Below are positions 19,201 to 20,000 of a stretch of 20,000 nucleotides of DNA, piece after piece; positions within the stretch are counted from its first letter, which is position 1; the number at the start of each line of letters is the position of its first letter. This DNA comes from Psammoneis japonica (Eukaryota). The translations under genes and the position numbers were made by a program. The stretch lies in assembly GCA_008632985.1 (NCBI GenBank), contig QPGO01000068.1:357564-377563 (forward strand), given 5' to 3'. The notes under the pieces are model-generated. The model was not told where the DNA came from and did no database searches. It saw only the letters and a list, made by a program, of their open reading frames with translations.

Positions 19201-20000
19201 AACGTCTTCTATCCCCACAACGCCTCCACAGCAAGGAACATGGCGTGACAGGAAAATGTGAGGGAGACGAGGACTCATTTCGAGTGCACATTGATGGCGC
19301 CGGTTCGCTCAAGGTCGCGCACGCGTCAAATCACTTGCCGGTTGCGTCTGTGACCAACGGGGTGGCACCCGCTCCTCAAGTCAATCTGTCTGTGTTGCAC
19401 GAGGACAACCAGAACCTCACCACCGGTCAGAAGCTCCTTCAAGAATGGCACTTCAGGTTTGGTCACCTGAACATGCCACGCATCCAAGGCCTGCTTCGGG
19501 CCGAACCTTTTCTCCGACCCAAATTCAAGCATGCTTCGCGTTGCGACATTCCGCGGTGCGAGGTGTGCGAATGTGCCAAAGGACATCGCCGAACCCTCAA
19601 GTCTGCCAAACATGCGGCTACTCCAGAGCGTGAGGGTGCTCTTCGAGCCGAGCATCTACGCCCAGGCCAAGCCGTCAGCGTGGATCACTTCGAATCCCGT
19701 CTCCTCGGCCGAACCTGCGACTCCTGCGGGAAGGCCTCGTCCCAGCAATGCAAAGGAGGCTGCATTTTTGTGGATCATGCCTCCGGTTACCTGCATGTTG
19801 AACACCAACTTGGTTTCTCTGCTGTGGAAACGGTGCGAGCAAAGCAAGCGTTTGAAAAGCACGCGATGGACCACGGTGTCATCATCCAAGAATTTCTTGC
19901 CGATTCTGGCACTTTCAAGGCCAGTGCTTTTGTGCAACACATGCGACAGCACGAACAACGTCTACGTTTTTGCGGAACCAACGCCCACCATCAGAACGGC
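16206..20000 (+). CDS. gag-pol: gag-pol polyprotein of element 2 (apparently open for 1265 codons to the window end, hence absent from the ORF track; probably non-functional through missense hypermutation)
   Basis: MSMDPDAVKMFAEAFAK start; zinc knuckle CCGCGKVGHTKRTC (17301-17342); protease VTCDTGAS (18987-19010); WHFRFGH...CEVC; integrase VSVDHFES, GCIFVDHASG, LADSG and AHHQNG, all in the frame of the ATG. Confidence 0.88.
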   Translation, partial: MSMDPDAVKMFAEAFAKMQTSTNPPTIPTPLRGGIHHSHGVHLGGSALNNKHEQTDTRTHRFASQRRHPKAVDSVEQSLRDQLASATTSKFNGQIELSNGSSAELDKDHFVKTIQDLIESHGQETFYHLKKVDGKVVHLFDHLHAFTVKDLEKEHETRVVATGDEGYDQCEIDDIGLSQLIIKSRITETFREKIETKFNHLKNCKDLPGSVSFMMALDTCNASALVDVKAAKEKLNDLTLDTCPGEDCTELATEALRLLKIMQTDCVSPVETGSAISSKVSKTSSEFFNRQVFAKLDSVKRLERKCCLRDPAEVPKDADCADLGPVGLVGWITKTRGELISDEDWPALAAKLPESNLAKDNSEKHCCGCGKVGHTKRTCPACKEQCKKDKKGTADKSKDDPPDVRKTNPSKKPPKPAWRFVHKGATVTDEKGMTWHWCDKCVNKETGKKGMHQGHSSAQHTGKPSVKTETTAVANLSAVSDPSSGIPFGPPEQTTSPPTDEPSDPNELVHCGMWCAPVDDSLSSTPVTTTVTFTPAPLAERETAVAKPAPILVETVDPKDADDCSKHSDAHSSFDSLPSAVEPFPACAMHEIQNPDVFYDTIATHVEGLSDDVLDDLVSGASIPPFEDSYEHLPPSTQCRGFEFYDPEPQDVDCGVEEATPSSRLELFWNFLKLQVFWLFAMFWETAPHICCAPIPVLPRRMRRKAFIPTIHGFPSTWMVLTGAVMVWASVFNGQLPTCPFSNVPSRFSKASSQVHSIIEELDDKTVSDPGSLVEHNKIKARQVLAEFVERDPDHCLSKKFMQLWENDVCSSPGRCIPPALEDPESHFDTCDSEEALGPLPTEPSHCFDAVEELSPDCFRFDELSTKFGFVDTTPWQDPVKLLQAAADGTEAHPAHASVQVLTGQRSLAQLAADPQALLSPAHERHTVTCDTGASLAIAYDENDFVGPLTIPDGPLKLGGLANGLTIAGIGPVSWVFHNEDGSELVVKTMAHHVPQAGQRLLSPQRLHSKEHGVTGKCEGDEDSFRVHIDGAGSLKVAHASNHLPVASVTNGVAPAPQVNLSVLHEDNQNLTTGQKLLQEWHFRFGHLNMPRIQGLLRAEPFLRPKFKHASRCDIPRCEVCECAKGHRRTLKSAKHAATPEREGALRAEHLRPGQAVSVDHFESRLLGRTCDSCGKASSQQCKGGCIFVDHASGYLHVEHQLGFSAVETVRAKQAFEKHAMDHGVIIQEFLADSGTFKASAFVQHMRQHEQRLRFCGTNAHHQNG

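Larger units (their letters stand above)
15815..20000 (+). mobile_element. Ty1/copia (CoDi-like) LTR retrotransposon 2, 5' part (continues beyond the window)
   Basis: Putative LTR, PBS-like motif, leader and a single gag-pol ORF with zinc knuckle, protease and integrase. Confidence 0.9.

Noticed and set aside
9198..20000. Alternative genetic code or novel Cys/His-rich metal-binding proteins
   Set aside because: Host genes in the window use Tyr normally, and TpA loss occurs in all codon positions and in non-coding repeat DNA, so the cause is mutational.
9198..20000. Classical RIP or ADAR hyper-editing as the cause
   Set aside because: RIP creates TpA rather than removing it. ADAR editing of the retro-RNA would give sense-strand A->G only, but T->C changes (Tyr->His) are also common.

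Overview
Eukaryotic genomic DNA, probably from a diatom (inferred from short GT-AG introns, an ACL5-like aminopropyltransferase and CoDi-type copia elements). Positions 1-~7.7 kb are gene-dense host DNA with two divergent gene pairs. The first pair is a thermospermine-synthase-like gene (-) and a 1200-aa PP2A-B56/AGC-kinase fusion (+). The second is RPL18a/eL20 (-, with a probable 5'UTR intron) and SUMO (+). From ~7.8 kb to the end is a nested repeat block: an unidentified degenerate repeat, a dead Ty1/copia element (-) with a duplicated protease region, and a second copia element (+) apparently inserted in the gag of the first and running off the window. The most striking signal is that the repeat block has lost most TpA dinucleotides through TpA->TpG/CpA transitions, so conserved Tyr codons read Cys or His. 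The process affects both strands, depends on flanking bases, has sharp boundaries and is partly uncoupled from CpG decay. It looks like a repeat-targeted 'reverse-RIP' A:T->G:C hypermutation process. All dinucleotide counts are manual and approximate.
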